Of a stretch of DNA of 64,000 bases, positions 55,971 to 64,000 are shown one piece after another. The stretch is from Minisyncoccota bacterium (lineage in GTDB: Bacteria > Patescibacteriota > Minisyncoccia > Phycocordibacterales > PALSA-1337): contig JBAYFZ010000001.1 in the NCBI GenBank assembly GCA_041666915.1, positions 73,086 to 137,085 on the forward strand, in the 5' to 3' direction. Every line of letters begins with the position of its first letter. Positions within the stretch are counted from its first letter, which is position 1. The translations under genes were made by a program, and so were the position numbers. The notes beneath the pieces are model-generated. The model was not told where the DNA came from. It searched no databases and worked only from the letters and a program-made list of their open reading frames with translations.

Positions 55971-56663
55971 ATGGATATCAAAAAAAGCATCGAATCAATG
56001 TTTGCCTCTGGGGCGCATTTTGGTCTAGGTAAATCAAGGAGACACCCAACTCTTTCGTCATATATTTTCGGTACAAAAAATGGCACAGATATCTTTGATT
56101 TAGAAAAGACTCAGGTTTTTGTGGGAAAGGCTAAGGATTTCGTGGCTACATTGGCCAAAGAAGGCAAGACTATCTTGTACGTCGGAGGCAAGAAAGAAGC
56201 TTCTGCTAGTATCAGGATTGCTGCCGGTCTACAAAACATGCCTTACGTAGATGGAAGATGGATTGGTGGTACTATCAGCAATTTTCCTCAGATCAGAAAG
56301 CGTATAGATCGTTATGAGAGACTTATCAGTGACCGTGAGAAAGGTGAACTTGCAAAATACACAAAGCGTGAGCGTATGCTCATAGACAAAGAGATCGCTT
56401 CTTTGGAAAAGATGTTCCTAGGCATTGTCTCTTTGAAGAAGATCCCTGATGCTCTGTTCGTCATTGATCCACGTCACGAAAAGAATGCCGTCAAAGAAGC
56501 TGCCGATTTCAATATTCCAGTTATCGCTCTTTGTGGTTCAGATTGTGATATTTCCAAGATTAACTATCCTATGATTGGAAACGATGGTTCAAAGGTTAGT
56601 ATCCAACATTTTGTAGACGAGATTTCAAAGGCATACCAAGCTGGCAAAGTAGCAAAAGTTTAA
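55971..56663 (+). CDS. rpsB: 30S ribosomal protein S2
   Basis: MLEAGAHFG-like N-terminus (ASGAHFGLGKSRRHP) and conserved S2 core; 230 aa. Confidence 0.9.
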   Translation: MDIKKSIESMFASGAHFGLGKSRRHPTLSSYIFGTKNGTDIFDLEKTQVFVGKAKDFVATLAKEGKTILYVGGKKEASASIRIAAGLQNMPYVDGRWIGGTISNFPQIRKRIDRYERLISDREKGELAKYTKRERMLIDKEIASLEKMFLGIVSLKKIPDALFVIDPRHEKNAVKEAADFNIPVIALCGSDCDISKINYPMIGNDGSKVSIQHFVDEISKAYQAGKVAKV

Positions 56664-56834
56664 GCTAGGCGTCTATTTTCTGTCCGAATATAAAACGATT
56701 ATATGATAAGTCCATTTTTCCTATTCTGGAAACAAGATGAAAAGTCAGATTCCGGCGGTAAATCGGAAAGTTTTGAACCAAAAGTTATCAAGCAACAGAG
56801 TTTACCAATAGAAGAGATTAAAACAAAAAAGACC

Positions 56835-57434
56835 ATGGCTACAAAGACAATTACAGTTGAAACTATCAAAGAGCTTCGTGATCAGACAGGTATTTCTATC
56901 ATGCAGTGTAAAAAAGCTCTAGAAGAGGCTGGTGGCGATTCTGCCAAGGCTTTGGTTATTTTGCGTAATAAGAGTGGTGAATTGGCCGCAAAGAAAAGTG
57001 ATCGTATTTTCCATTCAGGAACAATCCAAGCTTACATCCATTCCAATGGCATGGTTGGTACTATTGTAGAGTTGCTTTGTGAATCCGATTTCGTTTCCAA
57101 TACAAATGAATTCAAAGCTCTAGCACGCGATATTGCTATGCATGTAACTGCTACAAACCCTCGTTTTCTCTCAAAGGATGATATTACCGAAGCTGACAAG
57201 CAAACCGCTATGTCCGTATTTGAAAAGGAAGTCGCTGGCAAGCCAGAAGCTGTCAAAGCCAAGATTCTAGAAGGAAAGATGAATTCATATTTTTCAGAAA
57301 TGGTTCTTATGGATCAACCTTTCATCAAGAATCCCGAGCTGACTGTTCAAGGATTGGTCAACAATGCTGTCCAAAAGTTCGGTGAGAAGATGGCAGTAGG
57401 TAAGTTCAAGAGGTTCAAGGTTCTAGAGGGTTAA
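56835..57434 (+). CDS. tsf: translation elongation factor Ts (short form)
   Basis: IKELRDQTGISIMQCKKALEEAGGD UBA-like N-terminus directly after rpsB. Start taken at MATKT; the upstream extension of the ORF is non-conserved. Confidence 0.85.
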   Translation: MATKTITVETIKELRDQTGISIMQCKKALEEAGGDSAKALVILRNKSGELAAKKSDRIFHSGTIQAYIHSNGMVGTIVELLCESDFVSNTNEFKALARDIAMHVTATNPRFLSKDDITEADKQTAMSVFEKEVAGKPEAVKAKILEGKMNSYFSEMVLMDQPFIKNPELTVQGLVNNAVQKFGEKMAVGKFKRFKVLEG

Positions 57435-57456
57435 AGTTCTAGAGAGCCAAAAACTC

Positions 57457-57831
57457 ATGTATACATTGATAATAATATTTTATATATCATTCATAGGTAT
57501 CATAACGATGGTTCTACTCAAACGTTATGAAATGAAGACCGGCAAACCTACGGTTGTCTCCAACTTGGGTCGTTCAATAGATCACATATTGTCCTCTATT
57601 TTTGCTGAGATTAAAAAGTTTGTTTCGTACCTCAATAGGAAGACGATGATTGCAATATTTCATCTTGTGGCTTATCATATTCTACTCAGGATTAGGAAGA
57701 TCTATGTTGAGATCAAACATCAGACTCTTTTGAATCCTCATGGCAAGAAATTGATAGATGCTGTAAGAGGACGTGGGGAAGTCAAGAATCATGGTGCATC
57801 GTTTTATTTGAGAAGGATTTCGGATAAGTAA
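57457..57831 (+). CDS. small membrane protein (hypothetical)
   Basis: 124-aa ORF with an N-terminal TM. Confidence 0.35.
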   Translation: MYTLIIIFYISFIGIITMVLLKRYEMKTGKPTVVSNLGRSIDHILSSIFAEIKKFVSYLNRKTMIAIFHLVAYHILLRIRKIYVEIKHQTLLNPHGKKLIDAVRGRGEVKNHGASFYLRRISDK

Positions 57832-57857
57832 AAGTCGGTTTTATATTTTAAATTTCG

Positions 57858-58005
57858 TTTAAATTCGCCATCTTAGCTGTTTTGGTAGGTATGAGCGGGT
57901 GGGTCGTAAGGAGTAAGTGTCCAAAGAAAATTAAATTCGCCATCTTAGCTGTTTTGGTAGGTATGAACGGGTGGATCATGAGAAGTTAGTGTTCAAAGAA
58001 AATTA
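57858..58005 (+). repeat. two tandem ~72-bp repeats, each beginning with a degenerate copy of the tRNA-Thr 5' end
   Basis: TTAAATTCGCCATCTTAGCTGTTTTGGTAGGTATGARCGGGTGG... occurs twice, then a third time as the authentic tRNA (GCCATCTTAGCTCAGTTGGTAGAGC). Confidence 0.65.
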
Positions 58006-58010
58006 AATTC

Positions 58011-58083
58011 GCCATCTTAGCTCAGTTGGTAGAGCAACACTTTTGTAAAGTGAAGGTCCTCGGTTCGAATCCGAGAGATGGCT
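58011..58083 (+). tRNA. tRNA-Thr (anticodon UGU)
   Basis: Acceptor GCCATCT/AGATGGC, canonical D-arm, anticodon loop TTTGTAA, T-arm CTCGG-TTCGAAT-CCGAG. Confidence 0.8.
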
Positions 58084-58114
58084 CCTTAGGAATACTCAGA
58101 GATAGTGATTATTA

Positions 58115-58567
58115 GTGTTAAGTATAATTTTTATGATTAGAAAATGCACAGGTTGTGGTGTTGTTTTGTCGCAGAGATATAAAATAAAATATTGTTCGAA
58201 TAAATGCCAAGCTGATTTTCAATACAAACTTTTCATTAATAATTGGAAGGATGGTCTTGAAGATGGTGTTATTGGCAAGGACGTTAAATCATTATCAAGA
58301 CATCTGCGTCGTTATTTAGCAGATAAAAACGGGGAGAGGTGCTTTTATTGTGGGTGGAATGAAAAACATCCAATAACTGGTAAGGTCACTTTAGAAATTG
58401 ATCATATTGATGGTAATGCTGAAAACAATGAAGAAGGTAATTTACGTTTGTTGTGTCCAAATTGTCATTCATTAACACCTTATTTTAGGAATCTTAATAG
58501 AGGTAATGGGAGGAAGTGGAGAATGGATAAGTATAAAAAACAAGTAGCAACCCAGCCCATTTTCTGA
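58115..58567 (+). CDS. HNH endonuclease
   Basis: CFYCGW...EIDHIDGNAENNEEGNLRLLCPNCH (HNH with Cys4 zinc ligands), immediately downstream of tRNA-Thr. Confidence 0.7.
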   Translation: MLSIIFMIRKCTGCGVVLSQRYKIKYCSNKCQADFQYKLFINNWKDGLEDGVIGKDVKSLSRHLRRYLADKNGERCFYCGWNEKHPITGKVTLEIDHIDGNAENNEEGNLRLLCPNCHSLTPYFRNLNRGNGRKWRMDKYKKQVATQPIF

Positions 58568-58582
58568 TAAAGTTATCCTTAT

Positions 58583-59290
58583 ATGGAAAACGATAAAAAG
58601 GGTCACCTACATCCCATAACTCAAATAGTTCGTGAGATTTTTTCAATATTTAGAGATTTAGGTTTTGAAATAGCAGACGGACCAGAATTGGAAGATGAAT
58701 TCCATAACTTTGATGCTTTGAATGTTCCGAAAGATCACCCGGCTCGAGATATGCAAGATACGTTTTGGATCAAGGATGCTCCAGATGCAGACAAAAAGAG
58801 AGTTCTACGTACTCACACCTCTTCGGTTCAGATTAGGTACATGGAGAAACATAAACCACCAGTACGTATTATTATCCCTGGTAAAGTTTTTCGTAATGAA
58901 GCTACCGATGCTACGCACGAAGCTCAATTTTTCCAGATAGAAGCTCTCTATGTAGACAAAAATGTTTCCATGGCGCATTTGAAAGGAACTTTGGAAAATA
59001 TGTTCAAGAAATTATTTGGCGATGACGTAGAGATACGATTCCGTCCAAGTTTCTTTCCATTTACCGAACCTAGTGTTGAAGTAGATATGAAATGGAAAGG
59101 TAAATGGTTGGAAATGGGTGGTGCAGGTCTCGTACAAAAGAATGTTTTTGAAGCTGTTGGTGTAGATCCAAATGAATGGCAAGGATTTGCTTTTGGTTTT
59201 GGTTTGGACCGTCTTGTTATGCTCAAGTTTGGTATTGATGATGTCCGTTTTCTTTATAATGGAGATCTAAGATTGGTAAATCAATTTTAA
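58583..59290 (+). CDS. pheS: phenylalanine--tRNA ligase alpha subunit (catalytic core only, 235 aa)
   Basis: FDALNVPKDHPARDMQDTFWI, RTHTS, FFQIEALY, and class II motif 3 GFAFGFGLDRLVML. Confidence 0.85.
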   Translation: MENDKKGHLHPITQIVREIFSIFRDLGFEIADGPELEDEFHNFDALNVPKDHPARDMQDTFWIKDAPDADKKRVLRTHTSSVQIRYMEKHKPPVRIIIPGKVFRNEATDATHEAQFFQIEALYVDKNVSMAHLKGTLENMFKKLFGDDVEIRFRPSFFPFTEPSVEVDMKWKGKWLEMGGAGLVQKNVFEAVGVDPNEWQGFAFGFGLDRLVMLKFGIDDVRFLYNGDLRLVNQF

Positions 59291-59294
59291 TTTT

Positions 59295-59507
59295 ATGAAA
59301 CTCGGGACATATCAACATTCAAAAACTGGCAATCTCTACAAGGTTCATTTTGTAGCCAAACATTCTGAAACTTTGGAAGATATGGTTTGTTACGAAGCAC
59401 TTTATGAAAATGATAAGTCCAAGTTTTGGGTAAGACCGATAGAGACGTTCAATGGCGAAGTAGAAATAAAAGGCGAGAAAGTTCCTAGATTTAAATTTAT
59501 AAAATAA
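59295..59507 (+). CDS. DUF1653-family small protein
   Basis: LGTYQHSKTGNLYKVHFVAKHSETLEDMVCYEALYENDKSKFWVRPIETF...VPRFKFI fits the DUF1653 pattern. Inserted between pheS and pheT. Confidence 0.65.
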   Translation: MKLGTYQHSKTGNLYKVHFVAKHSETLEDMVCYEALYENDKSKFWVRPIETFNGEVEIKGEKVPRFKFIK

Positions 59508-59508
59508 T

Positions 59509-61611
59509 ATGAAAGTCTCACGAAATTGGTTACAAACATATTTTGATAAAGAAATTCCAACAGCAGAGAAGTTGGATGAGCTTTTTACTTTCCATGCTTT
59601 TGAAGTTGAAGGAGTAGAGACTTTGACTGGGCCTGGTATCGCTAAACCCGATTCTATTCTTGACGTGAAGATTCTTCCAGACCGTGCTCATTATGATCTT
59701 TGTCACAATGGTATCGCTAGAGAAATTTCAGTCCTGACCGGTTTACCTATGAAAAATCGCTTTGCTGAAGAGCTCAAAGTTACTAGCAAAGAGAAGCCTT
59801 CCGTAAAAATCATTTCCGGAGGTGAAGCCTTCGGAAGCCTCGCTTCCGGAAAGCAGTTTTGTCGTCGTTATACGGCTAGAACTATTGAATTGGGTAGTTC
59901 AAAAGCGGTAGGAACATCCCCTGTATGGCTCAAAAATGCTCTAGAATCAATAGGACAACGCTCTATCAACTCTATCGTGGATATTACAAATTACGTCATG
60001 TATGACATTGGTCAACCATTGCATGCTTTTGATGCCGATAAGGTCAAAGGTGGTATTACTATTCGTCCAGCCAAAGATAGTGAAAAAATAACTTTGCTTG
60101 ATGGTAGAGAGATCATTTTGACTTCTGTTGATAATGTTATCGCCGATGAAGAAGGTCCTCTTGTCATCGCTGGCGCAAAAGGTGGTAGACGCGCAGAAAT
60201 CGGTGAGTCAACAAAAAAGATAATTATAGAATCTGCCAATTTTGATCCAACTATGGTTCGTCGCACTGCTACGAAATATGATATTCGTAGCGATTCTTCA
60301 AAGAGATTTGAAAATGAAATAACTGCTGAGCTCGCTATGAATGGTATGAATAATGTTTCAGCTCTTATTTTAGAAATGATTCCTGATGCAAAATTCGGTC
60401 CTGTTGTTGATGGATATCCAGTAGAACAAACACCGACTGTTATAGATTTTGATCCAGCTTATTTGAAAGAACGTCTAGGAGTAGATGTTCCATTGGATGA
60501 AGCAAAAAGTATTTTGGAAAGAATGGGGATCGTGGTTTCTGTCATTCCCGCGAAGGCGGGAATCCAGGATATGACCAAGGAATCTGTATCTAGTGGTAAT
60601 ACACTGGATTCCCGCCGAAGTTTATCCTCGGAGAGGACGGTAAATGACACAGAACAATGGATTCTTACCATTCCTTTTGAACGCCTAGACCTTATCATTA
60701 AAGAAGATATTGTAGAAGAGGTAGGACGTGTCTACGGTTATGATAAGGTCAAAGGAATACTTCCACCTTTACAAAAAGATGAATCAAATAAAAAGGTCTC
60801 AGAAATTTTGCCGTTATTCTATGTTTCAGAGAAAATAAAGAGTACCTTGGTTGAACTAGGTTTCTCTGAAGTTAGCCTTTACGCTTTGGTTGAAAAAGGT
60901 GATATAGAAATCGCTAAACCTTTGGCCAAAGATAAAGGTTTTGCTCGCAACAATCTTTCAGGTGGAATGATGGCTTGTGTAGAAAAAAATGCTCTCAATG
61001 CAGACCTCCTCGGCCTTGAAGTTGTGAAAGTCTTTGAGGTTGGACATGTTTTCACAGACAAATCAGAACAAGTTCATTTATCTATTGGTGTTGCACAAAT
61101 AAAAAAGGTAAAAGGTTTGAAAGCAGAAAATATTATTACGGAAGCGATCAAAAAGATTGAAGAAAAATTGATGGTCAGTATAAGTGGTAAGACGGTGAAT
61201 GGTAAAACTGGTAACTACAGTGTTTTTGAAATTGATCTAGAATCTATCGTCAAATCTTTCCAATCACCTATTTTATTTGAAGCTTTGAATTTCACCCCAG
61301 CTTCTACAAATCGTTACAAGAAATTCTCGTTATATCCATTCATCGTTCGCGATGTTGCGGTCTTCGTACCAGAATCGGTTGAAAGTGAAAAAGTTTGGAA
61401 TGTTATAGAAAAGGGTATTGCAGAAGCTGGTGCCAATGATCTGCTCGCACGTCATTCTTTGTTTGATACATTCAAAAAAGAAGGAAAAGTCTCTTACGCT
61501 TTCCGTATGATTTTCCAATCTAAAGAGAGGACTCTTACCGATGAAGAAGTAAATAAGACTATGGAGGTTATTTATTCTGGCTTGAAAGGGGAAGGTTGGG
61601 AGGTTAGGTAA
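59509..61611 (+). CDS. pheT: phenylalanine--tRNA ligase beta subunit, with an in-frame repeat-element insertion of about 36 aa
   Basis: MKVSRNWLQTYF N-terminus, B3/4 and B5 regions, C-terminal FDVA-like domain. The segment VIPAKAGIQDMTKESVSSGNTLDSRRSLSSERTVND is encoded by a MITE copy. Confidence 0.85.
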   Translation: MKVSRNWLQTYFDKEIPTAEKLDELFTFHAFEVEGVETLTGPGIAKPDSILDVKILPDRAHYDLCHNGIAREISVLTGLPMKNRFAEELKVTSKEKPSVKIISGGEAFGSLASGKQFCRRYTARTIELGSSKAVGTSPVWLKNALESIGQRSINSIVDITNYVMYDIGQPLHAFDADKVKGGITIRPAKDSEKITLLDGREIILTSVDNVIADEEGPLVIAGAKGGRRAEIGESTKKIIIESANFDPTMVRRTATKYDIRSDSSKRFENEITAELAMNGMNNVSALILEMIPDAKFGPVVDGYPVEQTPTVIDFDPAYLKERLGVDVPLDEAKSILERMGIVVSVIPAKAGIQDMTKESVSSGNTLDSRRSLSSERTVNDTEQWILTIPFERLDLIIKEDIVEEVGRVYGYDKVKGILPPLQKDESNKKVSEILPLFYVSEKIKSTLVELGFSEVSLYALVEKGDIEIAKPLAKDKGFARNNLSGGMMACVEKNALNADLLGLEVVKVFEVGHVFTDKSEQVHLSIGVAQIKKVKGLKAENIITEAIKKIEEKLMVSISGKTVNGKTGNYSVFEIDLESIVKSFQSPILFEALNFTPASTNRYKKFSLYPFIVRDVAVFVPESVESEKVWNVIEKGIAEAGANDLLARHSLFDTFKKEGKVSYAFRMIFQSKERTLTDEEVNKTMEVIYSGLKGEGWEVR
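60540..60648. repeat. MITE-family copy inserted in-frame within pheT (right arm degenerate)
   Basis: TGTCATTCCCGCGAAGGCGGGAATCCAGGATATGACC...GTATCTAGTGGTAATACACTGGATTCCCGCC|GAAG... Internal sequence is shared with the rsmH copy. Confidence 0.7.
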
Positions 61612-61795
61612 GCTCTATTTTGGTATGTGATGAAAATGGTCTATTTTAGGCCCATTTGGGGTTGTTTTTAGGGTATTTGACATTTACAATATAGATGTGA
61701 TATAATACACAAGTAACAAGATATTCAGCTGTACCTTTGGTCAGATATGAAGATTTCTTGTAAGAGTAGAAAAGCACAAATGGAGGACATTTAAA

Positions 61796-62377
61796 ATGAA
61801 AAACACGAATAATGTATCTGTTTTATTGAAACAGATACGGGTGGTTGAAGGGTATGTCGATTATTTCGGAAGCTACAAGGGCGATTTGGCAGATGGTTAT
61901 ATTGTAATAGCTGTTGCCAATACCGAAGCTGGGGACTTGGCAGATAAGCAGGTCAGCAGTTTCAATGAGGTCTGCGGTCCGTGTAAAATCGAAGATATTG
62001 ATGGATACCCATCGTTCGCCATGGAACTTGTTAATCAAAAAGCTCTTATCTCAGACGAAGTCGTCGCCGGTATCGAATTTGTTGAAGGTACTTGGAAGAT
62101 AATAGCTTGGTGCTTCAAGAAAGACTGGGATCGAGTCAGTAACGAGATTCGTAACAAGTCTCAATCTATGAGGAAGGCTATTGAGAGTCATAATGCCGCT
62201 GTCAGTCACCCAACAAACGGTAATGGCAACGGAAAACATCCTCAAAGCAATCAACAACCAAGGCCGCTTGTGATGCCTAAAAAGCACAAGGAGGAACGCC
62301 CACCAAAACTCAGTAGTTTTGCTAGCTTGGACCGTCAGCTATTTCCAGAGAGCACGGTCAATAGTTCTGGGAACTAA
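61796..62377 (+). CDS. hypothetical protein (193 aa) with a low-complexity N/G/Q/P C-terminus
   Basis: ORF followed by a strong terminator (AAGCCCCGT...ACGGGGCTT + TTTTTT). Confidence 0.45.
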   Translation: MKNTNNVSVLLKQIRVVEGYVDYFGSYKGDLADGYIVIAVANTEAGDLADKQVSSFNEVCGPCKIEDIDGYPSFAMELVNQKALISDEVVAGIEFVEGTWKIIAWCFKKDWDRVSNEIRNKSQSMRKAIESHNAAVSHPTNGNGNGKHPQSNQQPRPLVMPKKHKEERPPKLSSFASLDRQLFPESTVNSSGN

Positions 62378-62469
62378 CAAAAAATCCCTAATCAAGCCCC
62401 GTAGGTATGGAGTATCACGGGGCTTTTTTGTTGGAAGAAAATGATAAAATAAGTAACAATATTAATTTT

Positions 62470-62712
62470 ATGCCCACCACCTACATTCTTCTCTGTTCCG
62501 ATTCAACTTTTTATATTGGAAGTACCAACGATCTAGAAAAACGTTTACATCAGCATAACCACGCAAAATCTGGCGCTCATTACACCAAGATTCGTAGACC
62601 AGTAAGACTTGTTTGGAGTGAGGAACATCCGACTTTGGCAGAAGCTCGAGCTAGAGAGGTGGTGTTGAAAAGACTGACGAGAAAGGAGAAGGAGGAATTA
62701 ATTAAGAGTTAG
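62470..62712 (+). CDS. GIY-YIG nuclease family protein (UPF0213/YhbQ-like), second paralogue
   Basis: TYILLCSDSTFYIGSTNDLEKRLHQHN...RRPVRLVWSEEHPTLAEARAREVVLKRLTRKEK. Not flanked by the MITE arms. Confidence 0.75.
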   Translation: MPTTYILLCSDSTFYIGSTNDLEKRLHQHNHAKSGAHYTKIRRPVRLVWSEEHPTLAEARAREVVLKRLTRKEKEELIKS

Positions 62713-63236
62713 AAAAATATTCTGACACAAAAATCTATTCATGAGAACTTGTGCGATTAAATATTTTTGATAAAATTGTAGCAACAGACGGTAAGTTTTT
62801 CTCGGATTACAAGACTTTTTCTACAACTAAATAGTCGCGACGTCATCTAGTCGTCGTTATGTTCGCTGATTCGTTCAGGAAGTGGCTGAATAATTCCTTG
62901 GACAAGGAATAAAGCATACCCGAAAAGCGATGGGGCATAATAGGGTAGTATTGAGGCTTAAAATTACAGAGGTATTGTCCACAAGCGGGTGTAAATAAAC
63001 TGAAACACCCCATATCTATAAACCGGAGAGCGCTAACTCTCGAGGCTAGTTTTTTCCGAGGATATGTAGAGCAAGTGGCGTTGGTTGGTCGCCAGCTCAC
63101 GCGTATTTATCTGGATAGGACCAGATAGCGTCAAAAATAAAAGCTGAAGCAACCCCTCAATGTGCGAGTGAACCCGAATCTCGCCTTCCTGAATGAGTCA
63201 GAGAACTATAGTCTTATTAGATTTAAATCTCTATAA

Positions 63237-63767
63237 ATGATATCTTCAAAACAATCAGAAATTATTCCTTTAGAAGTTATAGGTCAACGAATTTTAATTA
63301 TTCGTGGCGTTAAAGTTATGCTAGATGCTGATCTTGCGGAATTGTATCAAGTAAGCACTAAACGCCTAAATGAACAAGTTAAAAGAAACAGTAGTAGATT
63401 TCCAGAAGATTTTATGTTTCAGCTTACAGAATTAGAAAGAAATGAGGTGGTCGCAAATTGCGACCACCTCACAAAGCTTAAATTTTCATATCAACTTCCC
63501 TATGCTTTTACTGAACATGGTGTCGTGATGCTTTCGGCAGTACTTAATAGTGGACGTGCTGTTGAAGTGAGTATATTTATTGCTCGTGCTTTTATTAAGA
63601 TTCGCGAGATGTTAGCTATAAATAAGGAATTTGCTCATAAAGTTGAGGAATTAGAGAGGGAGCAATATAAACAAGGCGGATATATAGTTGAAATACAAGA
63701 TATTTTGAGACTTCTAATTGAAGAACCTGTTAAACCTAAAGATCCTATAGGTTTTAAGATTGTTTAA
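63237..63767 (+). CDS. ORF6N/KilA-N-like DNA-binding (antirepressor-type) protein
   Basis: ILIIRGVKVMLDADLAELYQVSTKRLNEQVKRNSSRFPEDFMFQLT matches the ORF6N domain pattern. Confidence 0.6.
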   Translation: MISSKQSEIIPLEVIGQRILIIRGVKVMLDADLAELYQVSTKRLNEQVKRNSSRFPEDFMFQLTELERNEVVANCDHLTKLKFSYQLPYAFTEHGVVMLSAVLNSGRAVEVSIFIARAFIKIREMLAINKEFAHKVEELEREQYKQGGYIVEIQDILRLLIEEPVKPKDPIGFKIV

Positions 63768-63778
63768 TTGTATAAAAT

Positions 63779-63850
63779 AGGTGGTCGCAAATTGCGACTA
63801 CCTTGTGAGTAGTTTAAGTGTTTTTAACCGGTCGCAAATTGCGACCGGTT
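63779..63850. promoter_or_regulatory. two copies of the palindrome GGTCGCAAATTGCGACC downstream of the ORF6N gene (a third copy lies inside the CDS at 63444-63470)
   Basis: AGGTGGTCGCAAATTGCGACTACCT (63779-63805) and AACCGGTCGCAAATTGCGACCGGTT (63826-63850). Intragenic copy GAGGTGGTCGCAAATTGCGACCACCTC. Confidence 0.45.
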
Positions 63851-64000
63851 CCAGCATCAAATCGTCCTTTGCTTATCACGTATTTTCCACTATTTTACAC
63901 GTGCATATTGCTTATTTTTCTGCTATACTTTGGGGGTAAAAGCTTGAAGCTTTTTTGTTTTAATAATCTATTACTTAGACGATAAATGGCCGAAAATACC

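Overview
AT-rich (~35% GC) bacterial chromosome segment. The gene content and reduced protein sizes (757-aa SMC, 235-aa PheS, ~200-aa EF-Ts, an O-antigen-ligase/TPR fusion, many small membrane proteins) point to a small-genome, possibly Patescibacteria/CPR-like, organism; this is inference. The core is housekeeping. It holds the rnc 3' end, smc, a RhuM-family gene, mreB-mreC-(small membrane protein)-mrdA and greA-lysS. It has a dcw cluster mraZ-rsmH-ftsL-ftsI-murF, plus murJ, lepA, nrdJ, a glutaredoxin, gpmA, eno, rpmE-prfA, rpsB-tsf and pheS-(DUF1653)-pheT. There are five tRNAs (Glu-CUC, Gly-CCC, Arg-CCU, Phe-GAA, Thr-UGU) and an RNase P RNA. Accessory and unusual content is interleaved with this core. 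First, an 8-copy family of short elements with terminal inverted repeats (MITE-like, TGTCATTCCCGCGAAGGCGGGAATCCAGGAT). Two copies lie in-frame inside rsmH and pheT, and one full-length copy carries a GIY-YIG nuclease gene between perfect 37-bp terminal inverted repeats. Second, two copies of a GT-skewed ~300-450 bp repeat ending in G/C-tract palindromes. Third, a soluble TraG/VirD4-like P-loop ATPase with a novel N-terminal domain, next to a convergent operon of unknown genes. Also present are a solo MazF/PemK-like toxin, HNH and LAGLIDADG-like endonuclease genes next to tRNAs, pseudo-tRNA fragment repeats, two GC-rich islands, several tandem-repeat proteins, and recurring palindromic operator-like motifs. 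No CRISPR array or rRNA gene was found.
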